From the IMG/VR virus record IMGVR_UViG_3300048623_000062, positions 1 through 64,000 of that record: DNA of 64,000 nucleotides. One strand, given 5' to 3'. Positions 36,066 to 44,569 of the stretch are shown piece by piece (position 1 is the stretch's first letter; each line of letters starts with the position of its first letter). The position numbers and the translations under genes were made by a program. The DNA comes from a virus (taxonomy: Duplodnaviria > Caudoviricetes). The notes beneath the pieces were generated by a model. It did not search any database. It saw nothing but the letters and a program-made list of their open reading frames with translations, and was not told where the DNA came from.

Positions 36066-36683
36066 TTAGGCCGCCACCGGCCAGGTCGCCCCGGCCTTGA
36101 CGCGAGAGAGCATCTGCGGGGTCTTCTCTGCCGCCACGGGGTCGAGCACGATGTGCGTGCCGGTTCGCGGCTCGAGGGCGCGCGTGAACACGTGGGAGTA
36201 TTGCGGTTGCCCCTGGAAGAACATCCGCTGAAACGCGACGGTGGCGAAGTCAGCTCGACCGCCAACCGCGATCACCGCAGCTGCCAGCCAGCACGCCATG
36301 TCGTCGCAGTCGAGCGACGGCCGGTGACCGGCCATGATCTGCTTGCTGATCAGGTGGGGGGCGCGCACGAGCTCGGTGCGGCGCGGGTCGCGCATGTACC
36401 GCGTGCGCTGCAGCAGGAACTGGTACAGCGCCAGATACTCGGACGTGTAGTCTTTGCTGTCGAGCCACTCGCAAACGATCTCGGCGAGTTGCCGCGTCTC
36501 GAAGTGGTCCGCGTCGCCCAGCACGGCGCGCCGCATGACGTCGATGGTCTGCGGCGCGCCTGCGTACCCGATGCGCGACGTCGGCGCCTGGTCCGGGAGC
36601 CAGAATAGACGCGCCCCCCCATAGCCCATCCCCGACTGGGGGACGAGCGGGGCGAGGCGGGCGCTATTCGGGTTGGTGGGCAA
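36066..36683 (-). CDS. Transglutaminase-like cysteine protease (putative maturation protease)
   Basis: LDCDDM (Cys), YSHVF (His), VLDP (Asp) triad; RYMRDP..TELV upstream motif. Confidence 0.8.
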   Translation of the reverse strand: MPTNPNSARLAPLVPQSGMGYGGARLFWLPDQAPTSRIGYAGAPQTIDVMRRAVLGDADHFETRQLAEIVCEWLDSKDYTSEYLALYQFLLQRTRYMRDPRRTELVRAPHLISKQIMAGHRPSLDCDDMACWLAAAVIAVGGRADFATVAFQRMFFQGQPQYSHVFTRALEPRTGTHIVLDPVAAEKTPQMLSRVKAGATWPVAA

Positions 36684-36759
36684 GCACAGCGTTCACCCGG
36701 GAAGATGAGGGCTGGCAGGAAGACGTCGTGGTCCCAGCGGCGAGTCGGCTGGGGTCGGG

Positions 36760-38430
36760 TTACTCGATGAGGGCGGCCCCGACCTTGCGCAGCCAGTTCT
36801 TGCCTGACTGCGATGAGAGGGGCGATTCACCCGGCAACTGTGCCACCTTCTGCATGAATAGGTCAATACCGGCCATCTCGGGCGAGTGATGCTTGCGCAG
36901 CCATGCCAGAATGTCGGCCGGGATGGCCGAGCGCCCGCTCTGCGCCACGATCTCCGGGTCCGCGCCGCCGCCGAATGCGTTCTCGAGGAACGTGATGAGC
37001 CGCTTGAGCTCGGCCGGGTCGACCACGGGGATCTCGATGGCCTCACCGTTCACGCCCGGCACGAGTTTGGGCTTCCGGGTGACCGGGCGGAGCGTGGTTC
37101 CATCCGTCGTCTTGTATCGCTGGCCAGTGGCCTCATTGACGATGATGCGCGGACGCGCGGGCGCCTGGGCCTGCTGCGGAGCCGCCGGCGCGGGCGCCGC
37201 CCCCTTGAACACCGAGGTCACTGCCCCGATATTCTCCGGGGTGAGCGCCCCGAAGATCTTGCCGATCGTCGAGGCATCCTCTTGATCATCGTCGCCTGCG
37301 ATGACCTCTTTGAGGTTCTTGATATCCTTCATCTGCTCGAGGAGCGGCTTTTCTTTCTTCTCGCGGAGTTCCTTCACCTCGATTCTAAGCTCGGCGTTGT
37401 CGCGCTCGAGGCGCCGCACGTCCGCGTTGAGCACGCTGACCTGGACGTCGTTGGTCGCCTTCATAGAGGCGATCGCCACCTCGTGCGACTGGCGTAGCGC
37501 GGTGATCTCGCGCTCGTAGCTCTGCTTGGTGTTCATCATCTCGCGCTCGTGCGCTCGCTCGGCCGCCTCCCTCGCGCGATCGTGGCGATCCTCGGCGCGC
37601 GCGATGTCCGCGTGCGCTGCCTCCTTGAGTTGGCGCACCTCTGATTCGTGCTGCGTGCGTAGCGCGAGCACCTGGCCGTTATTGCCGTCGATGGCGTTGG
37701 TGAGGATGCGGTCCAGCACCGGGTTCTCTGGTGGCTTCGTGTGGCGCATCTCCGATAGTTCGCGGCGCATGTCGGCGATCTCGCGCTCGCGCGAGCGCAC
37801 CGTCTCCTGCATCTGCTCGAACATCATCTGAACGCTTGGGTCGATGCCACGCGGCTCGTGGTCGTCCTTGCCGTCCTTGCGGTCGAGCAACTCCTTCATC
37901 GTATCCATCGCGATCTTCGCCATCTGCGGCGACTCGCTGTGAGAGGCGGTCCCCGGGGGTGCTATGCCCGTCTTGCCAGGGATCCGTGGCTCACCGGCGA
38001 TCTTCATCGTCCGATGGGCCTTGTACTCGAACGACCCCTTGGCGTTGGGCAGCATGATGCGGAGGTTGTACTTGCCACCGCCGTGCTCGTTGCGGAGGAA
38101 TTCCTCGTCGAAACGCTCCTCGTACGTGTGGAGGTATCCCTCGATGGACACCATCTGACCCGTCGCCGGGTCGCGTACTTCCCGGGGGCTCTCTCGGCGA
38201 ACGACGATGCGCATGGCGCCGCCCTTGCCGATCTCGCTGAGCCAGTCATGGAGTGACTTCTCGTCCTCGGTCTTGATGGCCTGCATGACCGGGGATAGCC
38301 GCTCGGGCGCAACCGCCGCCGGCACCGGCGCGGCCTTCCCCTTGGTGCGCTTCGCCTCCGGCGGCGACTCATCGACACCAGCTTTCAGATCATCCTCGGT
38401 CATGTCGAGCGCGGCGACTTCCTTCATCAC
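36760..38430 (-). CDS. Large coiled-coil protein of morphogenesis block
   Basis: EHGGGKYNLRI N-domain followed by long E/R-rich coiled coil. Confidence 0.7.
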   Translation of the reverse strand: MMKEVAALDMTEDDLKAGVDESPPEAKRTKGKAAPVPAAVAPERLSPVMQAIKTEDEKSLHDWLSEIGKGGAMRIVVRRESPREVRDPATGQMVSIEGYLHTYEERFDEEFLRNEHGGGKYNLRIMLPNAKGSFEYKAHRTMKIAGEPRIPGKTGIAPPGTASHSESPQMAKIAMDTMKELLDRKDGKDDHEPRGIDPSVQMMFEQMQETVRSREREIADMRRELSEMRHTKPPENPVLDRILTNAIDGNNGQVLALRTQHESEVRQLKEAAHADIARAEDRHDRAREAAERAHEREMMNTKQSYEREITALRQSHEVAIASMKATNDVQVSVLNADVRRLERDNAELRIEVKELREKKEKPLLEQMKDIKNLKEVIAGDDDQEDASTIGKIFGALTPENIGAVTSVFKGAAPAPAAPQQAQAPARPRIIVNEATGQRYKTTDGTTLRPVTRKPKLVPGVNGEAIEIPVVDPAELKRLITFLENAFGGGADPEIVAQSGRSAIPADILAWLRKHHSPEMAGIDLFMQKVAQLPGESPLSSQSGKNWLRKVGAALIE

Positions 38431-38849
38431 TTCGACTCCTTGTCGTCCTCGGACTCTTGGTCTTCGTCCTCGTCCTCATCGGGAACGGTGATCTCGCCGA
38501 GCACGTTGCTGCCGTCCTCGCACAACTCGCGGAACTTGGAGATCGCCTCGAGCACCTTCGGTTCGCCGGTCGCGCGCTTCTCGAGCTCGGTCGCCAGCAC
38601 GAGGCCAGTGGTGATGATGCTCGCGAACGTGTCAGCTGTGTCCTCGTGGAGCGTGTCCGGCGCGCCATCCATGAGGTCGGCCACGGCTTCGTCGACCTCG
38701 CCGAACTCCTCGACGAGCGACTCGAGCCACGGCAGCAGATCGCTCGAGAAGAACGACACGACGTCATTCGCCGTGGTCAACTTCCCGGCGAAGCCCTTGG
38801 CTTTGCCGACGATCTCCTTCAGGTCACTCTTCAGTTGTACGGTGCTCAT
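38427..38849 (-). CDS. Acidic helical hypothetical protein
   Basis: ORF track; GGGAG RBS. Confidence 0.65.
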   Translation of the reverse strand: MSTVQLKSDLKEIVGKAKGFAGKLTTANDVVSFFSSDLLPWLESLVEEFGEVDEAVADLMDGAPDTLHEDTADTFASIITTGLVLATELEKRATGEPKVLEAISKFRELCEDGSNVLGEITVPDEDEDEDQESEDDKESK

Positions 38850-39561
38850 TTGTCTCCCTGGTGCTCGGTAGCGGTTCGTTGTTGAGGATCATCTCGCGAA
38901 TGCGCGCTCGCGCGTGCGCGGCAGCTGCGGCGTGGGCGGCGTTGTGACTCGAGTTGTGAAATTTCCGGTCCGGGAACTGATCGCACCAGGCGCACCGCAT
39001 GGACGGCGCATCGTAGTCATCGTCTCGACCAGATATCGTCGACGAGAACGTGCAGAGCGCGAATTCCGCCTCGACCTGTGCGTCGAGAATCAGCCGCTCC
39101 GCTTCCTCGGCTTCACGCATGGCTTTGCGCCGGCGCCCCTCCCACCGCGCGACCTGGTACGCAAAGTCACCCCCATCCTTGGACTGCCGGTAGGCGCGTT
39201 CGCGCTTCCTGCGCCCCTCGTCCGGCGCCACCGGTTCCCACCGGTTGCACTCCGTTACCGGCATCACCCCCAGCGGCATCTCGATGCCAGTGTCCGGGTA
39301 GCAATAGCGGTGCGTCTCGGCGTGGAACGGCACTGGGGGCTGGTAGGTGCCCCCCCCAACCCCCGGAACGATCACAGGTAGGCGCCTCACTTTGGGGGGT
39401 TCGGCGTCGACCTGAATGCGGAACCGGTGGTAGTGGCGGCATGGCCCCGCCTCGCACAGGCTCGGGCGAGGGTCCGGGGGCGGACGCTGGGCCGTGAGCG
39501 ACGCAGGAGCGTCGAGGTCGACCCCGTGGGAGGGGTCCGTGGGGGCGGTAATTGTGCGCAT
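38824..39561 (-). CDS. Cys/His-rich hypothetical protein
   Basis: CEAGPCRHYH, CAWC motifs; first gene of left arm. Confidence 0.55.
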   Translation of the reverse strand: MRTITAPTDPSHGVDLDAPASLTAQRPPPDPRPSLCEAGPCRHYHRFRIQVDAEPPKVRRLPVIVPGVGGGTYQPPVPFHAETHRYCYPDTGIEMPLGVMPVTECNRWEPVAPDEGRRKRERAYRQSKDGGDFAYQVARWEGRRRKAMREAEEAERLILDAQVEAEFALCTFSSTISGRDDDYDAPSMRCAWCDQFPDRKFHNSSHNAAHAAAAAHARARIREMILNNEPLPSTRETNEHRTTEE

Positions 39562-39583
39562 GCCGCATCATGCCAGTCTCATG

Positions 39584-39784
39584 CGGGGTTTCCGTGGGAC
39601 GAGTGTGGGTTTTCCGTGGGTTTTCCAAGCCCCAGATCTGGGTACCTGGAGCCCCAGGGAGATCTCCGACCCCACCCTGTAGCGTAGGGACGCCTCACCC
39701 AAGCACTGAAAACCCTCTAGGAAACCCTCTGAGTGGTGAAATCCGCCCGGTCTGGTGTGTCCAAAAGTCGACAGTTCACCACTC
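39584..39784. promoter_or_regulatory. Repeat-rich control region at main strand-divergence point
   Basis: GGGTTT(T)CC x3 (39584-39626), inverted G(A)AAACCC x2 (39708-39728), 10-bp IR GAGTGGTGAA/TTCACCACTC (39731-39784). Confidence 0.6.
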
Positions 39785-39828
39785 CGGAGTGGCCGAGCGG
39801 CGCGTTAACCCCGGTCGTCTCGTCGATC

Positions 39829-39841
39829 TTGCCACTGGCAA
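39829..39841. repeat. Dispersed palindrome copy (intergenic)
   Basis: cTTGCCACTGGCAAg. Confidence 0.9.
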
Positions 39842-39890
39842 GGCGTTCGCATTACTTCTGGGAGTCGGGCGGTTGTCGCCTGGCCCTGAC

Positions 39891-39923
39891 ACCGCCCCTT
39901 GGGGGAAGGAGAGTTCTGAGATG
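39891..39923 (+). repeat. Early-region element family A, partial copy (3' part)
   Basis: ACCGCCCCTTGGGGGAAGGAG..TTCTGAGATG. Confidence 0.8.
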
Positions 39924-40088
39924 AGCCGAAAATTCTACAAGGACAATGGTCGCGCAGAGATGTCGGCGCGGATCGCCGGTGGGGGCGGCTGGTGGCTATC
40001 CGACTGCCCATATACCGGATGGCGCCGCGAAGCCTGGCAGGCTGGCGCATGGTCCGCCATGCAGTCGGCGCGAAAGGCTGGAAAGTAG
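39921..40088 (+). CDS. Small early protein (55 aa, not in ORF track)
   Basis: AAGGAG RBS; MSRKFYKDNGRAEM... Confidence 0.55.
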   Translation: MSRKFYKDNGRAEMSARIAGGGGWWLSDCPYTGWRREAWQAGAWSAMQSARKAGK

Positions 40089-40337
40089 ATGCGCGCCATC
40101 CTCCTAGGCGTTCTCCTGTCGGCATGCGCCGTAGAGGCGCCCGAACCCGCCCCGGCGCCCGAGGCCAGTGCGTTCCCGTTGCCGCGGTGCAAGACGACGC
40201 ACTGCACCACGGTGGAGTGCACGGACGACAGCGGCGTGTGCACATGCCACTGGCCACCGGCGTACGACATTCTCTGTGAGGGTGTCGAGGGTGACGCGAT
40301 GGGCGATGGCCACGACCACACTCACGGTGCGCCGTGA
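40089..40337 (+). CDS. Cys-rich lipoprotein-like protein
   Basis: Signal with LSAC lipobox; HCTTV.C...CTCHWPPA.DI.C. Confidence 0.65.
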   Translation: MRAILLGVLLSACAVEAPEPAPAPEASAFPLPRCKTTHCTTVECTDDSGVCTCHWPPAYDILCEGVEGDAMGDGHDHTHGAP

Positions 40338-40510
40338 ACGCGAAACAGGCGCGGTACGCCGCGCAACTACTCAGCACCACGCTCAAGACGCGGGCCGCAC
40401 TTGCGGCGAGGCCCTGGACGGTCAAGCTGGACGGGCGGTTCTACGGTCGCTACGCCTCCGAGGGAGAGGCACGCGCCAAGGCGGACGAGATTGGCGGAAC
40501 AACTCCGTAG
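40334..40510 (+). CDS. Small early protein
   Basis: GTG overlaps upstream TGA; manual translation 58 aa. Confidence 0.5.
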   Translation: MNAKQARYAAQLLSTTLKTRAALAARPWTVKLDGRFYGRYASEGEARAKADEIGGTTP

Positions 40511-40609
40511 GGGGTACAGATTCGCCAGGGTCGGCCGACCCACCCTGACGAGCCGATACTGCTACCGAGCCACACCGCACCGCCCCTTGGGGGAAGGAGT
40601 TCTGAGATG
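40501..40609 (+). repeat. Early-region element family A, full copy
   Basis: AACTCCGTAGGGGGTACAG-hairpin-GAGCCGATACTGCTACCGAGC...CCCCTTGGGGGAAGGAGTTCTGAGATG. Confidence 0.9.
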
Positions 40610-40825
40610 AGCAAGAAATTCGCACCAGGGATGAAGGTTCGCTTCACTGCGAAGTTCCTTCGAAACACCGGGTCGTACACTGGCAGTGCGGGGCTTGACC
40701 GGTGGGTCGTTCAGCCGTGCGACTGCAGCCTGTGCGGCACTGGCGACTTCGTCGCCACCGACGAGTCCAGCGACTACGGTGGACAGCGTCACATCAACGT
40801 TGACAACCTGCAGGCAGTACGCTGA
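40607..40825 (+). CDS. Small SH3-like early protein
   Basis: FAPGMKVRF...; RBS inside repeat. Confidence 0.65.
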   Translation: MSKKFAPGMKVRFTAKFLRNTGSYTGSAGLDRWVVQPCDCSLCGTGDFVATDESSDYGGQRHINVDNLQAVR

Positions 40826-41076
40826 TGTACGTCAGCGTCTACTGCAACGAAGGAATGGATAGCGGGTTGGTGTACCTTCTCAACGAGCGGACATTCGCCG
40901 ATCAGGTTGCGGATGAGAGGGAGGCCACGATCGCCGAGCCTGACGGATACATTCCCAACTGCTGCGGGGATCTCCGTGTGGAGTTCACCGACCGCGTTCC
41001 CCACGTCATCGGTGAACGATACCAGGGCAGCACGTGCATTTGGTCCGGGGCCTCGTTTTACTTCGAGGGCCGCTAA
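40825..41076 (+). CDS. Early hypothetical protein
   Basis: TGATG coupling. Confidence 0.55.
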   Translation: MYVSVYCNEGMDSGLVYLLNERTFADQVADEREATIAEPDGYIPNCCGDLRVEFTDRVPHVIGERYQGSTCIWSGASFYFEGR

Positions 41077-41080
41077 GAAA

Positions 41081-41344
41081 ATGCGTCGCGCCGTCATCCT
41101 GCAACTCGTCGAGGGAGTGCGCGTGCTGCCGTCGGTGGGGATCCGTAGGCACCGGATCACCCTGACGCACCGCCCGACCCTCCGTCGCCTTACCCTGCCT
41201 CGCCCCAGCGTGGTTGTTGGTCCGGCCATCTACGACTCTCGCGTAGACCCTCCGAGGTTTTCGCACTGGTCGGCCGTGGCCACCCTGCTTCTCCTGACGG
41301 TGCTTTGCGCATGCGTCGGGTTTGTTGAGTTACCCCACAGGTAA
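41081..41344 (+). CDS. Early protein with C-terminal TM
   Basis: ATG at 41081; AVATLLLLTVLCACVG. Confidence 0.5.
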   Translation: MRRAVILQLVEGVRVLPSVGIRRHRITLTHRPTLRRLTLPRPSVVVGPAIYDSRVDPPRFSHWSAVATLLLLTVLCACVGFVELPHR

Positions 41345-41505
41345 CTCTACGGCGATGCTCCCTGGCCGAACTAGAGAGCATGAGCCGCAAAGCACACCAG
41401 CCTACCCTCCCAATTCTGCCGTCAGACATTGGTCGCCGGACACCAGAGTTAGACCTCGCGGTCTGCTACTACCACCAAACCCGGACTTTCCACAGGACGC
41501 CAATC

Positions 41506-41766
41506 ATGACATCGAACGAATACCACGAAGCACGGATACGTGAGTTCGGCGCCGAATGGTTGGGCAGGTTGGCACGTGAGCAGCACACCCAGGACGCTAT
41601 TAAACCGTGGGTCGTACTTGCGTACAAGCGTAACGTGCGTAACGTGCGTGATTTCGCCATCGTGGCTGGCTACAACCGCTGGACTGGCGAGAGCATCCAC
41701 TGGATCGTGCCGTCAATCACCGATGACGAGCGCTACGACATTTCCGCAGCTGTCGAGGTGACCTGA
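41506..41766 (+). CDS. Early hypothetical protein
   Basis: CAGGA RBS before ATG at 41506. Confidence 0.55.
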   Translation: MTSNEYHEARIREFGAEWLGRLAREQHTQDAIKPWVVLAYKRNVRNVRDFAIVAGYNRWTGESIHWIVPSITDDERYDISAAVEVT

Positions 41767-41961
41767 ATGCAGACCTACAAGATCGTCCGCCTGTTTTTCA
41801 ACAGCAATGCAAGGCGCGTCATCCGCAGGCGTCTGACCCTGTCCGAGGCGCAACGGCATTGCCAGGACCCAGAAACATCGTCCAGCACGTGCACCAAGTC
41901 GGCTGGCAAGCGTCGCACGAAATTGCGCGGGCGGTGGTTTGACTCGTATACGAAGGAGTAA
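41767..41961 (+). CDS. Conserved small phage protein
   Basis: YKIVR...LTLSEAQRHCQDPETSS...WFDSY. Confidence 0.65.
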   Translation: MQTYKIVRLFFNSNARRVIRRRLTLSEAQRHCQDPETSSSTCTKSAGKRRTKLRGRWFDSYTKE

Positions 41962-42069
41962 CTCTGTAGGGGGTACAGATTCGCCAGGGTCGGCCGACCC
42001 ACTCTGACGAGCCGATACTGCTACCGAGCCAACACCGCACCGCCCCTTGGGGGAAGGAGTTCTGAAATG
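41960..42069 (+). repeat. Early-region element family A, full copy
   Basis: Near-identical to 40501-40609. Confidence 0.9.
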
Positions 42070-42375
42070 AGCGAGAAATCGACCGAGCAAGATCCGGCCA
42101 TCCTCGTGGCCGAGGGAACCATAGGCGCGAACCGCTGGCGCCAATACTTCGTGATCACGGATCGTCGCTGTGCGATCGTGGAGATGAGCGAAGCGCTCCT
42201 CTGTGGTTGGCGCTTCGCTCGGGTCACTGTCCAGGGTGAGGAAGACTGGCCGATGCCCAAGGCGAAGATTGTGCAGTGGAAATTCGCAAACGGCGACTAC
42301 GCCGTCGCGCCGGACCTAGGCGATTTCAGGAATGCGCTGCTCAAGGTCGCTAGCGCCGGAGCCATCGAGCGATGA
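42067..42375 (+). CDS. Early hypothetical protein
   Basis: RBS inside repeat A. Confidence 0.6.
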   Translation: MSEKSTEQDPAILVAEGTIGANRWRQYFVITDRRCAIVEMSEALLCGWRFARVTVQGEEDWPMPKAKIVQWKFANGDYAVAPDLGDFRNALLKVASAGAIER

Positions 42376-42458
42376 CGTGCTACGTCCATCAGGATCCCCG
42401 CTTGCTGCCACGCAGGCTCGGTCGGCGGTGCGGTGATACCATTCTCGGAGGCGAAGCG

Positions 42459-42692
42459 ATGACTGAGCAGTCACTCGAAGGCGCGCTAGCGGATCTCCAG
42501 TCGGAGCACGATGCCGACGTTGACGCACGGCTTCACGCGGTCGCGTGTGCAATCTCCGAGGAAACCGGATGCCAACCGCTCACGGCCATCCGGTCTATGC
42601 TGCAGAACGCCAAAGGCATCGGCGAGCGTCTGACTCTCTCGACGGAAACGGTCGAGACGTGGTGCCGAGAAGCAGACTTCGACGACGAGTAG
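42459..42692 (+). CDS. Early acidic hypothetical protein
   Basis: GGAGG RBS before ATG at 42459. Confidence 0.55.
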   Translation: MTEQSLEGALADLQSEHDADVDARLHAVACAISEETGCQPLTAIRSMLQNAKGIGERLTLSTETVETWCREADFDDE

Positions 42693-42694
42693 CA

Positions 42695-42790
42695 GGGGCA
42701 TGGCGCCCATCGGTGGCACCGGGGATTGTCTCGGTGCACTGACTGACGCCACGCACAGACACCCCGCTCATGGAGCGGAGGGAGATTGAG
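42695..42790 (+). repeat. Early-region element family B, copy 1
   Basis: GGGGCATGGCGCCCATCGGT-GCACCGGGG...TCTCGGTGC-ACTGACTGACGCCACG, then CCGCTC-ATG-GAGCGG hairpin. Confidence 0.85.
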
Positions 42791-43492
42791 ATGAAGAAAT
42801 TCGCGAACGTTTGCGCCACGCTTGCCACGCTCATGGTTCCCGGGGTCGCTTTGGCCGCCACTGGCGCCGCACCGGAGTCCGGAGTGGCAGGGATCGTCAC
42901 GGGGGTTGCCGGACTGGTAACTGCATGTGCTGGACTGGTGACCGCGATGCGTGGCATCCGGTTGGCACGGCGCGCGGATGCGCGCGCCAAGAGCGCCGTG
43001 AAATGGGCAGACCGACTCGCCAACGCACACGAGGACGGGGTAGTCCTCGTTCTCAGTTACCCTGCGGCACGCGTCTCGTGCCGAGGATTGCTTGAAGCAA
43101 ATGGGTGGCGAATCTGCCATTACCCAGTGACGCAAGCCGAGCTTGATCGCGGTGTATTTTTGCCTGGCCCGCACACGGTCGCTGACGTCTGCGTGGCAGA
43201 CGCGATAGTGGTGGAGGGGCTAAGCGACACCGACATGTCGAAGCTTGCGACCGTGCGGGAATTTCGCGACAATATCCGGCTGGGTGCTGGAGTCGTCATG
43301 TTTACCGCCGGGTCAAACACCCGGTACGACCTGACGGCGTGGGGAGAATGCGATCAGGGGGTGACGACCCCCGTGACCTGTGAGGCCGCTGTCCGCGCCT
43401 CCCTCGCACGCCGAGCGGCTACGGCGCGGCGTCAGGGGATCCGACCGGGGACGCTGTCACAAGCACGTGCATCGCTGCTGAACGCGGACTAG
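42791..43492 (+). CDS. Membrane-anchored protein with Rossmann/receiver-like C-domain
   Basis: Signal/TM segments then VVLVLSY, DAIVVEG, VVMFTAG strands. Confidence 0.6.
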   Translation: MKKFANVCATLATLMVPGVALAATGAAPESGVAGIVTGVAGLVTACAGLVTAMRGIRLARRADARAKSAVKWADRLANAHEDGVVLVLSYPAARVSCRGLLEANGWRICHYPVTQAELDRGVFLPGPHTVADVCVADAIVVEGLSDTDMSKLATVREFRDNIRLGAGVVMFTAGSNTRYDLTAWGECDQGVTTPVTCEAAVRASLARRAATARRQGIRPGTLSQARASLLNAD

Positions 43493-43496
43493 ACAC

Positions 43497-43563
43497 GGGG
43501 GCATGGCGCCCATCGGTAGCACCAAGGGCTGGTCTTTGGTGCGCTGACTGACGCCACGACACA
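43497..43563 (+). repeat. Early-region element family B, copy 2
   Basis: Same flanks; stem GCACCAAGG/CTTTGGTGC shows compensatory changes. Confidence 0.85.
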
Positions 43564-43575
43564 GGGGGTTCTGAG

Positions 43576-44286
43576 ATGACGCTCTACCGCAACGTGTACA
43601 AACTCGGCCGGAAGCTCGACGCAATCATTGCTATTGACGAGGATTCGCCGCTTTCGACTCCGGTCGGCGCCGAATGGGACGACACGATCGATCACGTCAG
43701 GGTCGCCGCTACGGTCATTCTACCGACCGACGTCGCAGGCAATATCCACGTCGACCTGCTAGGTAGCAACGTCGCTGTGGCAGGGGTTCATGTCGCCTAT
43801 ATCTGGGGCGAGCGCTGCCCTGTGGGGCGACAACGGGTAATCCGACTCGGCGCCGAGACGCTTGCCGACGCAGTAGCGGCCGTGCGACAGGGGCTCGAGT
43901 GTGACCTTTCCGAACTCCGTGCACATGTAGGGCGCCGAGACGCACGCATCCAGTTGCGCGAGGGTCGCCTCGCTCACGGGCGAAGCGTAATGCCACCAAG
44001 GCAGGAGTTGGTGGCGCGGTTCGATGTGACGGGCATGGCGCTGGGCGAGGTGTCCGCTCTCGCTGCCGAGGTTGTCGCCCAAGCGGAAGCGTGCGAGGAA
44101 CACCCGGACGTCACTGTCCGGGTTGAGATACCGGACGGAATCACCGATGACGGTGCGTTTCCCGCACACTGCGTCGACGCCACGGAGGCGCCCACCGCCC
44201 GGATCCGCGTTCCGATGGATGCGGTACCCGAGGAGTTGGACGACTGGGGCCAGCCGACCACGCCGCGCTCCGGGCCGTCGGACTGA
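43576..44286 (+). CDS. Early hypothetical protein
   Basis: ORF track; follows element B. Confidence 0.65.
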   Translation: MTLYRNVYKLGRKLDAIIAIDEDSPLSTPVGAEWDDTIDHVRVAATVILPTDVAGNIHVDLLGSNVAVAGVHVAYIWGERCPVGRQRVIRLGAETLADAVAAVRQGLECDLSELRAHVGRRDARIQLREGRLAHGRSVMPPRQELVARFDVTGMALGEVSALAAEVVAQAEACEEHPDVTVRVEIPDGITDDGAFPAHCVDATEAPTARIRVPMDAVPEELDDWGQPTTPRSGPSD

Positions 44287-44309
44287 GTCCAAACCACACA
44301 GGAGATAGC

Positions 44310-44459
44310 ATGCGCTGCGACAAAGAGATCGGCCGGATCGGCCACTGGCACCAATGCGACCGTACTGCTGTGGTCACGGTGGCATCGAAAACCATCCACA
44401 GCCCAACGCTGTTCATGAACTACTGCGACAAACACAAGCCGCTCAAGGATGGCAAGTAG
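44310..44459 (+). CDS. Small Zn-finger protein (49 aa)
   Basis: AGGAG RBS; C...C...YCDKH. Confidence 0.5.
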   Translation: MRCDKEIGRIGHWHQCDRTAVVTVASKTIHSPTLFMNYCDKHKPLKDGK

Positions 44460-44461
44460 CC

Positions 44462-44569
44462 ATGACCGTCCGCGCCGATCCAGCCTACCGCGGCGTCGCC
44501 CTACACCTTGGCCACACTGCCAGGTCGTGGATCGCCGAGCAACGCATTCTCGCTGCCGGCGGTCGGTAG
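44462..44569 (+). CDS. Very small early protein
   Basis: Stop coincides with start of element A copy. Confidence 0.35.
   Translation: MTVRADPAYRGVALHLGHTARSWIAEQRILAAGGR

Noticed and set aside
40540-40600. CTGACGAG in family A resembles the hammerhead ribozyme core CUGANGA
   Set aside because: No downstream GAAA core and the motif is lost in the 44566 copy
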